NCBI RefSeq assembly: GCF_052425735.1
Contig: NC_135761.1
Location: 8,866,001 to 8,930,000, forward strand
Direction: 5' to 3'
DNA length: 64,000 nt
DNA from: Oculina patagonica
Taxonomy: Eukaryota
Below the pieces are notes generated by a model. The model made no database searches. It was not told where the DNA came from and saw only the letters and a program-made list of their open reading frames with translations. Numbering within the stretch: the stretch's first letter is position 1; the number at the start of each line of letters is the position of its first letter. The position numbers were made by a program, and so were the translations under genes. Shown in pieces: positions 13,741 to 26,521 of this stretch.

Positions 13741-14628
13741 GCAATAATTTGAACACAGAACCAACTGGTATATTAGCAATTTCTTGTTGTTACCCGCATT
13801 CAATTACTAAAGATTAAGTCACTTGATACTGATAAATTTGAATAGAGATAATTTTCTGAGCGATAGAATTACGTTTTACGAAAAGAATTGGTTTTAATTT
13901 TTGTTTTGATGAACTATTCGCTACTCGCTAGTACAGGTGAAGTGAGCATCACTCGGCTGCATGTATATCTTGAGACCGAAATACCTTATTGTTACTAATT
14001 TTCGCGGGACTTAATTTTCGCGATTTTCGCGATTTTCAAAAAATCGCGAAATTAAGCCCGCGAAAATTATTTCAACGTTTTCTATTGTATTTCTATGTTA
14101 ATTCTATGTTAATTATTTTTGGCCACGCGAAATAAGGCCGGAATGCCCGCGTTTTCGCGAAATTAAGTCCCGCGAAAAAGAAAGGGACCCGACACAGCGA
14201 GAGACAGGACCACAGAAACATGAGAACCAACAAAAACTGCAAATACTACCACGCCAAGCAAGAACGCCCGCGGAAAAATGGAAACAAATTGCCGACGCGC
14301 GCAACCGATGAGGTCACGTGACAAAAGCGCGGATGCGCCGCGATCCAGCCAGAAATACTTTCTGTGTGACTTCTTGTCGTGGTTTGAGCAAGATTTCCCT
14401 TGGCAAAATAGTATTTTATACCTTTACTTTATCTCCGGCTGCTTTTCGCCAGTTGACAAGTATTGTTCTTTTCTTATATTGCAGGCAAAGATAGATACAC
14501 ACGAACATCAACCCACGGCGGGGATGTTACACGGGGATGTTCCGCGCCGAGATCTAATCCCTTACCCTGTCATGTATCATAGACGACCATACCCATTTTT
14601 GACAGAATATGTAGCTCTTTCATATATA

Positions 14629-14994
14629 CAGTAGAACACCGGTAACTCTAACTCGAATAACGCAAACACCCCGCTACCTCAAACTAACTTCTATCCGGTT
14701 CTTGCAACTCGCTATGGTTGCGTATTGATTAGAGCAACGAACAGATCACGTATTTGACAGTCATTTTCCACTCTTATCATAAGAATGTATGATGGTGTTA
14801 GAGTTTCTGACGGGAGAAGTTCAATTTGCACTGTACTGTACATGTATACTGAAGTGTTGAAAAATCAGTAAACTATCAATTATTAACTTGGCAAATTAAA
14901 TATTCAATCGACCCCGATAACTCGAAACCACGCTAACTCGTTTGATATGTTTTTTTCTTTTCCCTTTAGAGTTCTAGTTACCGGGGTTCTACTG
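14629..14994. mobile_element. Tc1/mariner-type MITE nested in a decayed CCCGGG-ended element (~14515-15214)
   Basis: TA|CAGTAGAACACCGGTAACT...AGTTACCGGGGTTCTACTG|TA; the flanks resemble the elements at 25271 and 39191. Confidence 0.7.
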
Positions 14995-15661
14995 TACCTG
15001 CGAGAGAAAATGGTACCCCTTTGGCACACTTACAGAAGGGATACTACATCTCTTTTCTTTTAAATGAATCAACCGTATTCGGTGGGTCAAGACATTTTGA
15101 AAGGTCCTCTGTTTTAAATTCCAAAATGACAGTTTTCCCTGCCGTTTTCGATCAAGGTATCCCTTTTGAGCGGCGCCTCCCCGTATTGTTCACAATAGGG
15201 ACTGAACCCCCCGGGTTTTCACTTCTTTATATTATGGCAGCGCTACTTTTTGGAAGTTATTTCACAGTTTACTACTAGCACATACACCTAACATGCCCTT
15301 TAGCGGAGAAAACCGCCAACCAGTAAACCCCGTCATAAAGTCCCCCCATCCCTTCCACTAAGATAATAGCCGAGACCAGGAGCCCGCCGAGACTGACTTG
15401 AGACTTGAGGGGACTGAGGGGCAGTGAGGGCGGCTTTAATAGCTGGCCCGACAAGTGATACGAAGCGAAGAATCCACGTATACGTATTGAAAAAACTAAC
15501 ATCGGGAAGGAACATTTTAAAACAAAGAACTACAACACAACAAACAAAGTAAAGAGCTCGAGAGAAATGACGGAAATTCGTAACGCAGCAGGCAGGCTAG
15601 GTTACTTGGTAGAATTACAAAGGCGTGGTCACTCAATTCTCTAGTTCATCTCCAATCAAAC

Positions 15662-16571
15662 ATGGCGGACGAAGAGTTGGCAGCGATTCGAGCGAAGCGT
15701 ATGGAGGAATTGCAGACGCAATATGGGGTATGTTCTTTTTAAATATCAGCCTTCGGTTTGATCATTTGTTTAATGCACTCTTTGTAAAATGCAGGGTCAA
15801 AATGCAGCACAAATGCAACAACAGCAAGAGGCTATGAAAAGGTTTGTTGATCGGTTAGACTAAGATAAGCGATCGATAAATTAAAAAGCTCAAAATCTGA
15901 TCTGTGGATGTATTGATTTTATTATACAGTATATTCAGTGAGATAAACTTTGTTGTAAACATTCAACTTCAAGGGTAACTTTTGTCACTTGCTAATATTA
16001 AACGACATTAAAGTTAGAAGAAGATGAAATACAGATGGCGAACCGCCGAATGAAGAAAAATCGATCCAGCGTGGTTGACCCGATGGTGAGTGGAAGCACG
16101 CCTGACAGAGAGGGAGACGCGGGCGAATCCGCCGGGGCAACGATCCGAGACTGTGTGCCCATACTCTCTTCACGTTGTAAGGCTTCAGGCTATAAAATTC
16201 TGCTGACATTAAAGTTGTTAACAGGGAAAAATTTTGTGGCAGCTGTGTAAGTTTATTAAAGTTTATAAGCTTATGTTTTAGTTTCCAAAATTATCTCGTC
16301 TGCCATCAGAGAAGCTAAAATGAATGTGGGTGTATTGGTTTTATTGTCCAGTGTATTCAGTGAGATTAGCTTTGTGGAAAACATTCAACTTCAAGGGTAA
16401 CTTTTGTCATTTCTAATCAACTACATAAAAGCTGTCAACAGGGAAAAATTTTGTGGCAATGTAAGTTTAAGCTTATATGTATTAATTTCTCAAATTCTCT
16501 CGTCATCAGGGAGGCTGAAATGAAAAACAGCATGCTGTCACAAATTTTAGATCAGGGTGCAAGAGCAAGAT
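15662..16571 (+). CDS. PDCD5: Programmed cell death protein 5, exons 1-3 (15662-15727, 15795-15841, 16510-16571)
   Basis: Spliced translation MADEELAAIRAKRMEELQTQYG/GQNAAQMQQQQEAMKR/EAEMKNSMLSQILDQGARAR(L) is the recognisable PDCD5 N-terminus. GT-AG junctions with phases 0, 2, 1. Confidence 0.95.
16016..16204. mobile_element. 189-bp GC-rich insertion of unknown origin with 12-bp TSD in PDCD5 intron 2
   Basis: GACATTAAAGTT at 16004-16015 and 16205-16216; the empty site is visible in the adjacent intronic duplicate (~16415-16460). Confidence 0.65.
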
Positions 16572-17005
16572 GTAAGTTGATGGTGGTAAATTATGTTAAC
16601 ATATTTTTGGTGCCACTCCTAAGGCCCCGGTGGAGGGGAGCTTGTTTCTTTGAATGTAGGTCAAAATGCCCCCAAGACAAAATGCCCCTGGGATTTTTAC
16701 CTAGAATAAGCTTAGGGGCGGACCATTAAGAAAAGTGATAGGGGGGTGGGGGATTTTCAGCTTGCGCTTGCACAAATTTTTTTTTACGCCCATTGCTTGT
16801 GTAGGAATTTTTTTTGTAGGTGTAACCAGCTGCTCGAATTTTTTTTAGACATGTTCTTTTTTTAGACAACTAGTTTTCTTTAGACCAGATGTCATGTATT
16901 GCTACTTTATACCATGCTTTTGACAGATGTTGCTTTGTTGACGATTTGCTAAATAGCTTAAATATATCCAAAAAAATTGTTGTTATTCATTGATTTAATC
17001 CTTTA

Positions 17006-17247
17006 GGGACTGGTCAATACGTACTGGGGGCTGGGCCGGAACACTTGGAAAAGTGGCGGCTAGAGGGAGTTTATCAAAACCGATGTTATGATCACAAGCC
17101 ATCTAGGGTAGTCCGGGGTTCCATGCTCCCCCAGAAAACTTTTATATTTGGGTCACCTGAAAACGCTAGAAATACATCTAAAACTGCTCGAGTCAAACGA
17201 TTTATCAATTATGCCGATGAATACCACTGGGGATTTTCTTGTTACTA
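17006..17247. mobile_element. Left part of a PIF/Harbinger-like MITE whose matching right end lies at ~55758-55872
   Basis: Left end TTA|GGGACTGGTCAATACGTA; right end TACTTATTGACTAGTCCCC|TAA just after the second gap. Confidence 0.6.
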
Positions 17248-17697
17248 GAGTGAATTCGTGTAACCCGTTTTTTATATGCAAATGCGCCGTGTAATATTTA
17301 AATGAGCTGTACAGGACAACAGAAAATTGCGGACAAATCATAAGTATTATTTGCATGTGGAAGTCAGGTTAAAATTCAAGCATTTACCAATATGTAAAAA
17401 CCAAAACAGATAACGGGGCTTAAAATTTATCATGCCTTGAATTGTCTTGCGATTTTAGACAAACATTTTATATTCAACATCCCGTAAAGAAAAACAAACT
17501 AATTTTCGATTTAGGTTGAACATGTTCTTGAAGTGCTAAAAGAAAGACACGTCCTGTTTATACTTATTTTCTGTCTAACTATTATAGTGATTTTTTTTGA
17601 GGTTTTCTGACCACTCGTGTATTGTTTTATTGTACACAAACATTAGAATATTATACGACTCATTAACATATAAAAAACGGGTTACACGAATTCACTC
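17248..17697. mobile_element. MITE with GAG...CTC ends (Sola-like), ending exactly at the first gap
   Basis: Perfect 31-bp TIR GAGTGAATTCGTGTAACCCGTTTTTTATATG. Confidence 0.8.
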
Positions 17698-18197
17698 NNN
17701 NNNNNNNNNNNNNNNNNNNNNNNNNNNNNNNNNNNNNNNNNNNNNNNNNNNNNNNNNNNNNNNNNNNNNNNNNNNNNNNNNNNNNNNNNNNNNNNNNNNN
17801 NNNNNNNNNNNNNNNNNNNNNNNNNNNNNNNNNNNNNNNNNNNNNNNNNNNNNNNNNNNNNNNNNNNNNNNNNNNNNNNNNNNNNNNNNNNNNNNNNNNN
17901 NNNNNNNNNNNNNNNNNNNNNNNNNNNNNNNNNNNNNNNNNNNNNNNNNNNNNNNNNNNNNNNNNNNNNNNNNNNNNNNNNNNNNNNNNNNNNNNNNNNN
18001 NNNNNNNNNNNNNNNNNNNNNNNNNNNNNNNNNNNNNNNNNNNNNNNNNNNNNNNNNNNNNNNNNNNNNNNNNNNNNNNNNNNNNNNNNNNNNNNNNNNN
18101 NNNNNNNNNNNNNNNNNNNNNNNNNNNNNNNNNNNNNNNNNNNNNNNNNNNNNNNNNNNNNNNNNNNNNNNNNNNNNNNNNNNNNNNNNNNNNNNNN
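17698..18197. other. Scaffold gap (500 N)
   Basis: Run of N of round, fixed length. Confidence 1.
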
Positions 18198-18359
18198 GAA
18201 TGATGATTAGGTCACTTAACTATTGTATGATCTCCACCAAATTCTCATAAATACCATTGCAAGGAATGTAGACAAAAAGTTAGGAGAATTACATGTAATC
18301 TTTGTAACTTGGAATTGAAAGTTGTAATGAATGGTCTGCATTTTGTTTCAACTACACAG

Positions 18360-21300
18360 GTGTCTCTTCCGTAGTTTTGCAAAAACAAATCAAAGACTTG
18401 CACCAAGAACAGAAAGTTCTGCGAAATACAGGTTTGATATAACGCTTTCTTTTGCCTTTGTTTTGAAAGTTCATGTTGCGTCTATCAGCTACAAAGAGTG
18501 ACCTTTTATAAGTTCTCCGTCATTTTACTGTGGGTGCAAAAATCGCGCAAAATGATGTTTTTGTATGGGGAAAAAACAGTTAAATAAACTCAAAATTTTA
18601 AATTCATAAGTTTTATGAGTTGGAAACTTAAAGGTTTTTTTTTATAAAATTAAGCAGTTACATGTATTGTAAGAAAATTGTATCCCAGCGCATTGTAGAC
18701 TCAAAACCACGCAGTCCGTAACCTATAATCGATGCCGAATTACAGTGACAATAACGGCGAAGAGGCTAGACTCAAAACTCTCTAACAGCGAAAAAGCTGG
18801 CCTAAAACGCTCAGTGTGACAAAATTACAACAAAGCGATGAAAATCCGAAAAATTGCATGGCAAAGCTCAAACTTACGCGCGAGCACGCTCGGGCCACGA
18901 TTGGCTTAACTGAAAAATATAACGTGATATCACGCGCGCGGACAAAAACATACTGAGGGAGAAGGGTTGAGTTCAGAATTGAAGAGATTTCTAATAAACT
19001 TTTTTTTTTTCGAGTGGCTACTCAGATGCTTATAGTGCATTTTTGTCTCCGTACAGTTCATCGACTGAATGTGGAACTTAGCAGATATCAAGCCAAATAT
19101 CGACCAGTTTTATTTGAGGTATCGTATCTACACGAATTTGATCGCATTTCACAGTTGAGATTCAGATTTAAGAACGTATTTATCTCTTGCAGGAGGTAGA
19201 AGGCTTGGCATTGCCTCATAAGAAAGAAGCCGCTCCGTGGCTGGTAGGTATCAAATGAATTCATGTTCTCAAAGTACAGTCGAACCTCTCGGTACAGACA
19301 CCTCTCTATTACGGACAATCTCCGATGTCCCGACAAGATTCTCATACATTTTCTTTAGAAAGAACCTCTATAATACGGACCCTCTCTAATACGGACAACG
19401 GACACTAAATCTCTTCCCCAAGGAAATTTAATATAAAAAACCTCTTTATTACGGACACTCCAGTGATCAGGTGATGATAGTTTGTGCATGTAAAACATTT
19501 TCCTGTTTGTGGTTACAAAAACAACAACAATTTTTTTTTTTCATTTTTTTTCACGTTTTCAGAATAGGATTATTATTAATTTTACAAGCAGCATTGCGTT
19601 GTAGATCATTTCGTTTGAAAACAGTGATTCGTATGCAGTACATGTAGCTGAGATGTACATGTGCAATGTAGTACTCTACTGATAGACTGTGTGTCTCAAT
19701 GCTTCATATTAATTACTTTTTTTTTTCAATAGGTGAACACAAAGTTCTTGGCTCCTCTCTTCCTGGCGTACGATGATCGACTGAAGGAAAAAGAACAAAT
19801 GATCAGAGCCTATGATGTAAGTCGCTTGACTCCTGACTAATAATATTCATTCCTTGCATTGTGACCGCATCCCATTCCTCGCATCACTTCACATATACTT
19901 CTATTTTATTTTTACTCTACTTTATTTTTATGCGTTCTTTTTTTAGGAGGAGTTGAACGCTTTTAAGGCGCGAGTCATGGAAGTTGTTAAGGAAAATCAA
20001 CAACTTCATATGGTAGGTTCAGTCTTAAACCCTAATGTTAACGTAAAATTCTCTTTATTGGTCGGCATTCATTGCTCTAGTTGAGAAAATATGTGGAAGT
20101 TGTTTTGCATTCTTCTCTTTACAAACACTCATAGAAGATAGATAGTAAGAACTTTATTTAACGTGGCACTCGACTTAGCTAAAAGCTTCTTTACAGGAAG
20201 CCCACAAATACTAAAAATCTAATTATTTATATATCATTTGCGTTTCTTTTTCTTTTTAATTGCAGAGTGTTAGTAAATCCAGCCCTGATGCACTGGGTCC
20301 CGACGAATGGTAGGTTACAATCATATTTAGTTTTAGAAATACCAGAATTGTCTCGCTTCCTCATCATTCGCAAAGTGTCACCGAAACGTAGAACTGGCCT
20401 TTACAGGCTCAGCTATATGATTGACGGTGAAGTGTTTTCTGGCTCCATTTTCGTGCAGGCAACAACTTCAAGAGCAGGCGAAACTTGTGGTCGAGGAGAA
20501 CGCTCTGTTGATGGAACAGCAAGAAATACAAGACAGAAAAATGAAAGAAATACAGCGGGTTCATGGACAGGAAGGTTTGTATAACACCACTGATCAGAGA
20601 GACACTGATTTAAGTGAAACAGATTAACAGTGGATATGGGTGTGGAAGAAAACTAATCACACGGTCCAAGCGAGAAACGTACACCTTGTGTCCTGGGTTC
20701 AACAAAGGAGGCTCTCCCAGGGGTTTTAGCGAACATAGACTGCAAAACAGTCGTTTCAGTTTTCTCCAAAGTCGTTAGAAAAAGCGCTTATCGAAGGCGT
20801 GAAGCGCCGTTTATTTCCCCAGTCTCACTCAGAGTTTTGACATTGGCTCCAGACCTCTCGCCCTCGTTCGACGACCGAGCGCGTTTGCAAAAGATACGAC
20901 TGTCTTGCAGTCTATAGCGAACAAGGAACATGGGAGAATGTGGGAACAAAATGAAAATAAAACTAGGAACATGGGAACAAGAGCGTCTTTTAAGGAACAG
21001 GGAACACCAAAATTAACACAATACAATACTTTATTTAGCGTGGTCAGAACACTTAGCTAAAAAGCTTGTTTACAGGTTCTCAACCAAAATAAGAATAAAA
21101 TAGAAAAATAAAAACTTCTTAGAAGTGTATAAATAAGCTAAGCTAGAAGAAATAGGTTAAAGGAATCACGGGAACACAAGAAGGATTTTGTTGGGAACAA
21201 GGGAAAGTTAGATAAGATAACATGGAACAACGTCAAGGGAACATGCCCCCCTCCCCCCTCCGGAGGCCCTCAACAAGAGATTTTTCATCAAGCTCACGTG

Positions 21301-24300
21301 GTTGTTATCCAAGTCAACACTGAATTCATAATGTAGTTTATCCATTTCACAAACTACTTTTTATGGCTCATCATTGTTCCTTGTCACCCCCTTGGGAGCA
21401 TAGGGCGTCCACCAGTTTCCTCCAGCGCACACGGTTCTTTACTTATGCTTTAGCTCTTTCCCAGGAGTAGCCTACTCCTTCCAACTCCTGCAGCTAATTT
21501 AACCAAAACTCCACCGGAATGGCCATTGTGTTTGGCGCTACTTTTTTTTAATCGCTACTATTCGTGACAAATTAAGTGCAGGTCATTCTCTTAAATTACT
21601 AATTGTGGTATCGTTATTGTGTTAATAGTTTCCAAGTTGTCTAAGCGGATTTCAAGTCAAGAGTCATCCCAGCGACGCCTTGAAACGGAGCTAGATGACA
21701 TGCGTCGTACCCATAGCAACCTGTTGCGGAAGCACGAAGCTATTGTTGGAGAGCAAGAACACAAGATGTCAGTTCAGGAACATTTGAGGATAATGGATGA
21801 ATGCAGGAGGTAGAGCATTATTACCACGTTACATTCTTTATCGCGGCGAGTTGCCTTTGTGATGTCCTAGAGAGTTTTCTATTGGCTGTCGTAAAACTAT
21901 AACTCCCTCCACCTCCCCCTTATCACTGTGGCTAACAAACCAATAAGAACTCAAGAAAAACACCTGCAATCATTGGCAGGCGCGGAAAAGGCCAAAGCAT
22001 GTATCTGGCGATAAGCGCGCGAAAAGCGAAGCAAGTGTCACCGGTGAAAAGCGCGGGAAAAGCAAACATATAAACGGCGACAAACACATGACTATCTACT
22101 TGTGGTGATGAAAAGCGCGGGAAAGTGAAAACATGTAACCGGTCGTAGCCGGTAGAAAGCGCGGCAACTCGCGATTGCTGCTGTCCATATTTCAAGGAAG
22201 GTGAAACAATATTAACACTCCTTTACTCATCTACTTCTAGTGTACTTGAAGACTTGAAGGCAAAAACAAAATTAGAGACAGAGGAGTATAATTCCCGACT
22301 ACAGGTGCATACATGTAACTTTTTTCTTTTATTGAGTTCGAATCTTAACATTAACCTACATTGTACATGTAATCTTACCTTTTTTATACGCTTTGGTGGC
22401 ATGTCAGGCGAGATTGGTCGAGCCATGGTTTGTATTTTGGCGAGACCAAACATGCCTGAAATGCCTCAGAAGGGTGCCAAAATGGCACTATTAGGTATTT
22501 ACCGTAACCAAATTTGGCCTAAAATTCGGCGTTGTTAAGTCAGTAACTGCATATCGCAGGAAATCATAACAGTACACAAGGCTTGCGATTTGCTAATCCC
22601 GAATTTTGGTACGGTACTAGGGTAAATAGGAAAATACATGCATACACACCCTTTATTTTCCTGGCCCCTGTTGTTCAAAGAGCAGATATTAAACTTTGCA
22701 CATGCCGAACCTATTCTGAGTATCATTCAATTATTGCTAAAGTATTAGTAATAACTCAGTTTCTGTTGTTTATGTTTTGTATATATTGAAGGCGATCCAG
22801 AAAGAGAAGAGCAACGTAGCTATAAAGTTTGCAGGTAAATATAATAATGTTTTATTATAGCAATGGTGTTATAACGTGAGAAGGATGAGAGAGTAATATT
22901 AGCTGTAGTTGGAAGCGTATGCTATATTACAATTGTTATTATTTTGCGTTCTTGTCCCGGAGCTGATTATATATTTGACGTTGAATTGCAGACGCCGAAG
23001 CTAAAAACGCTCAACTGGAACGAGAACTTGAGGCTTATAAAAAGTCACTGAAGTGAGTGCTTCGTTTATTGATTATTTTAGTTTTAAACATTTTTTACTG
23101 CAAGGCGTTAGTCAGCTAGCTGTTTGTATTGCATATCACTTTAGTTTAATGGTTTAGACTGATTTTCGTTTGAGTGTCGTAAAACAACACCAAAGTATTC
23201 ACTCTGGCCAATCACAAAAGAACAAGTTCAATTCATCTCCATATATTTCTCTGTATCTGTTAACCTGATACCGTGACGAAAGTCAAGTCATTCCGGAGTG
23301 AGCCTCCAGTTTTCATTCCTGAATGACATTCCATTCTCGTATCATGTAAACCCAAACGAATTTCGCTCCGAGATGAAACTGCATCTCATAAAACCGCCTA
23401 CGGAGGCCACAGTTTGAACTCAGTTTGTCTGCCTAAAAACTGTAGTCTGCGGAAAAGGCATTTCAGCGTGGCAGAGCCGCGTGGAGGGCGCGAGAGTAGT
23501 GACAAAAACACCCGCGACTGTCTCGCACTCCACAATCGCCTTTGCGCTTCGCGCTAGTGTTTCGCGGTCTGCTCTGCCCCGCTTCACCGCCTGTTCTGCT
23601 AAAAAACTAAATCAGGTCTCTTATTCTATCAACAGGAAATCAGAACGCAATTTTCTTTTTCTTCAACGGAAGTTGGAGCACATACAGGAACGAGAGCTGA
23701 CAGCACAAGAGACACTGTCACAAGTTCTCACTGTTGTAAGTGTTGCGTGACGCCGGCCGGCGCGTGACATTAGCGTAAGACTTGCTCAAAATCCCAGTCA
23801 AAATACAACTTCTTAGTGATTGCCATAAATTTCTTTTGTAGTTAGTCTTGAGAATTTATCCCATGTTTGTGATTTTCTTAATTCTCCTTACCCCTTTGCT
23901 TTACAGTTTATCGAAATTGCCTGGAGAAGTTAGTTGTTGGTCCCTCTAAGGAATAAGTCGAATTAATGGTTATAAATATATTACCAGCTAATCTATTACT
24001 TATTAGATAACTGTTTGTTGTGTTATCAAGACGTGATGGTTGAGATCCTCTTTCTTTTTTTTGACAGGCTGAGAAAACAGCAGCTGAAAGAGATAACTAC
24101 GTACAATTTGTAAGTTTACAACACTTACTTAACTTGTGGGAGGCGCGGTGGCCTAATGTTTAGTTGGCTGGAGTACGAATCAAGCGGTCCGGGTTCGGGC
24201 CCTGGCTGGGGGTCTTGCATTGTGTTCTTGGGCACGACACTTGGCCTCGCTTTATCCAGGCGTATAAATGACATGTTAAATGGGTACCAGCCAATTTAAT

Positions 24301-26490
24301 GCTGGGGGTAACCCTGCGATGTACTAGCATCCAATCCAGGGAGGAGTATAAATACTCCTAGTCGCTTAATGCTGTGGAAACTGCTATAAGCTTCAACCTG
24401 ATGATGCTACTAGGCTGGAACGTATACTTTACCTGACATCCATGGCAACTAAGCTTTGTGACCTTGTATGTACGTTCATCGTGTCATTAATTTAATAATT
24501 GGGTCCATTCCCCGCAGGCCAAAACACAGAAAGTGCAACAGGAGAAGGCCGCTTCTAAAATTCTTGCTGGAACTCAGAACATTAAGGGACTCGAAGAAAA
24601 ACTGCAGGTATGGTCTTGTAGCAGCAACTTAGAAAAATACAACATAGGCAGTTGAATGATTTACACATACATACACACTTTATTTGAAATAGGTTAAAAC
24701 TACAGGCAGCCAGAGGCTGATGTGGACCTACATTAAGCTAATTAAAAAAATATTATAAAAATTGTAAAAAGTATAAAAATTAGAAACAATCTAGGAACAA
24801 TCTAAATATAATTAACAGATAAAATTAAAACTACTATATTAAAAATATGTGAAATCTTGATTTTTATTTGCGACCATGCAAGCTTCTTTCAGAAAGCTTA
24901 TGGTTTTGATGATGTGCTTATGGCGGCGCTGTTTTAAGAGCTTCTTAAAGTTATTTAAGGACGGGGACTGTTTGGGAGTAAAACTGTCATCAGAGTAGTT
25001 TACACTGAAAGACAGCTCTTAGCCTGCGTAGCAGGCGCCTGTGTTGTTTTGGGCGCGTATTTGGAAAACGCGAAAGGCGAGAGAGAGACGGCCATGCTTG
25101 GCTGTCTCGCGTCTTTCGCGTTTCCCAAACACGCGCTTAAAAACTACACAGGCGCTGCTATGCAGGCTAGACAACTCGGTAATTAGTTATGCAAGTAGAC
25201 GCAAGTAAACTACCGCTTGCGTCTCCGTTTGGCCAGGAATTGCGTGCACTTGCGATGACTTACGTTCACTCCCGGGGGGGGGGGGGTACTCAAAGAGGGG
25301 AGGCTCCGCCCCGAGCTCTACCCCTTTTATATACTATTTTGCCAGAAATTGTGCCCCTTTCGTATACCTTTTAATGAAAAAAGGTACCCCTTCCATATAC
25401 CTGAAAGTCATGGTATAGACTTAAAACATGATGTTTTCTTGACATTTTCAAGTAGCGCTTCATAAATTGAAATAATACAGCCATGAATTGCATCTGCTCG
25501 TAATATTTTAATTAATGGCCCTTTCAAAAACCTAAATGACAGATTTCCATACCCTTTCGTATACCTAAACTTGTGAAATCCCTACCCTTTTATATACCTG
25601 AAGCCTGAAAAAGGTACCCCTTTCGGGTGGAGCCTCCCCGTATAGGCCATTAAAGGGAGTACCCCCCCCCCCCCCCGGGCGTTCACTTTGGACGAGATCA
25701 AATTTGCACGCAACTCAACGCAAGTTTATGACTGTTTGGCCACCCAGTGCAAGTCGACGCAAGGCTTGCTGTTTACTTCAAGTGCTGAATTGCAGCTCGT
25801 GCAGTAGCATTGAAATGGCTTTTTTTTTGACAACTTTAGCCAGCCTACGCACCCGCCTACGCAAGTCTGTACGCAAGTTTAACTTGCGACTATTTGCGTC
25901 CACTTGCGTTACCGTTTGGCCAGGCCTTAAATTTCAAAAGAAATCCAAGCCAAAGATGAAAACACGTACACTTTTTAATAGGTTCCTGTCTTTTTGTGGA
26001 ATATTGTCGCACAAAATTGTACTAGTTTCCAGTGATACGTTTTTCTAGCCTTTAGAAATGAAGCGAAAATATGTGATCGTAACCCTTTAAATAATTCTTA
26101 GTATCAGCTACCGTAAAGGAACTTTTTTGTTTTAGGAATACAGGAAAAAAGCCTCGGATAAGGTTGCTGTGGTTACAGGAAGGTACGTAACTGATTCTTC
26201 TCCTAAATACGGTCGGGTGATCGTGAACAATATTCTTCTTTGTGGTCTTAATTTACCGGTAGCTCATCTGCGGACGTTTCCTTTTTTGTCTTGCTTCCAC
26301 CCCTTTGCGTTCGGACTCGTTCAAACCCCCCGCGGTTTATATTTTTCTCGTGAGGTCCGAGACCAGGTTGTCTGTTTAGTAGCGCTTGCTCATAGCGTGC
26401 GTAGCAGGCGCCTGTGTAGTTTTTGAGAAATGCGAAAGGCGCCTTTCATAAACTACACAGGCTAGCTTTCTCTGTGACGTGACAACAAGT

Positions 26491-26521
<31 letters not shown>

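Noticed and set aside
15230-15480. GC-rich block upstream of PDCD5 considered as RNase MRP or telomerase RNA (contains AAAGTCCCC)
   Set aside because: No convincing partner strand for the P4 helix and no CTAACCCT template; more likely a retroelement 3' tail. An Infernal search would settle it.
17597-18250. Long ORFs running through N gaps (also 55139-55867)
   Set aside because: Artefacts of translating N.
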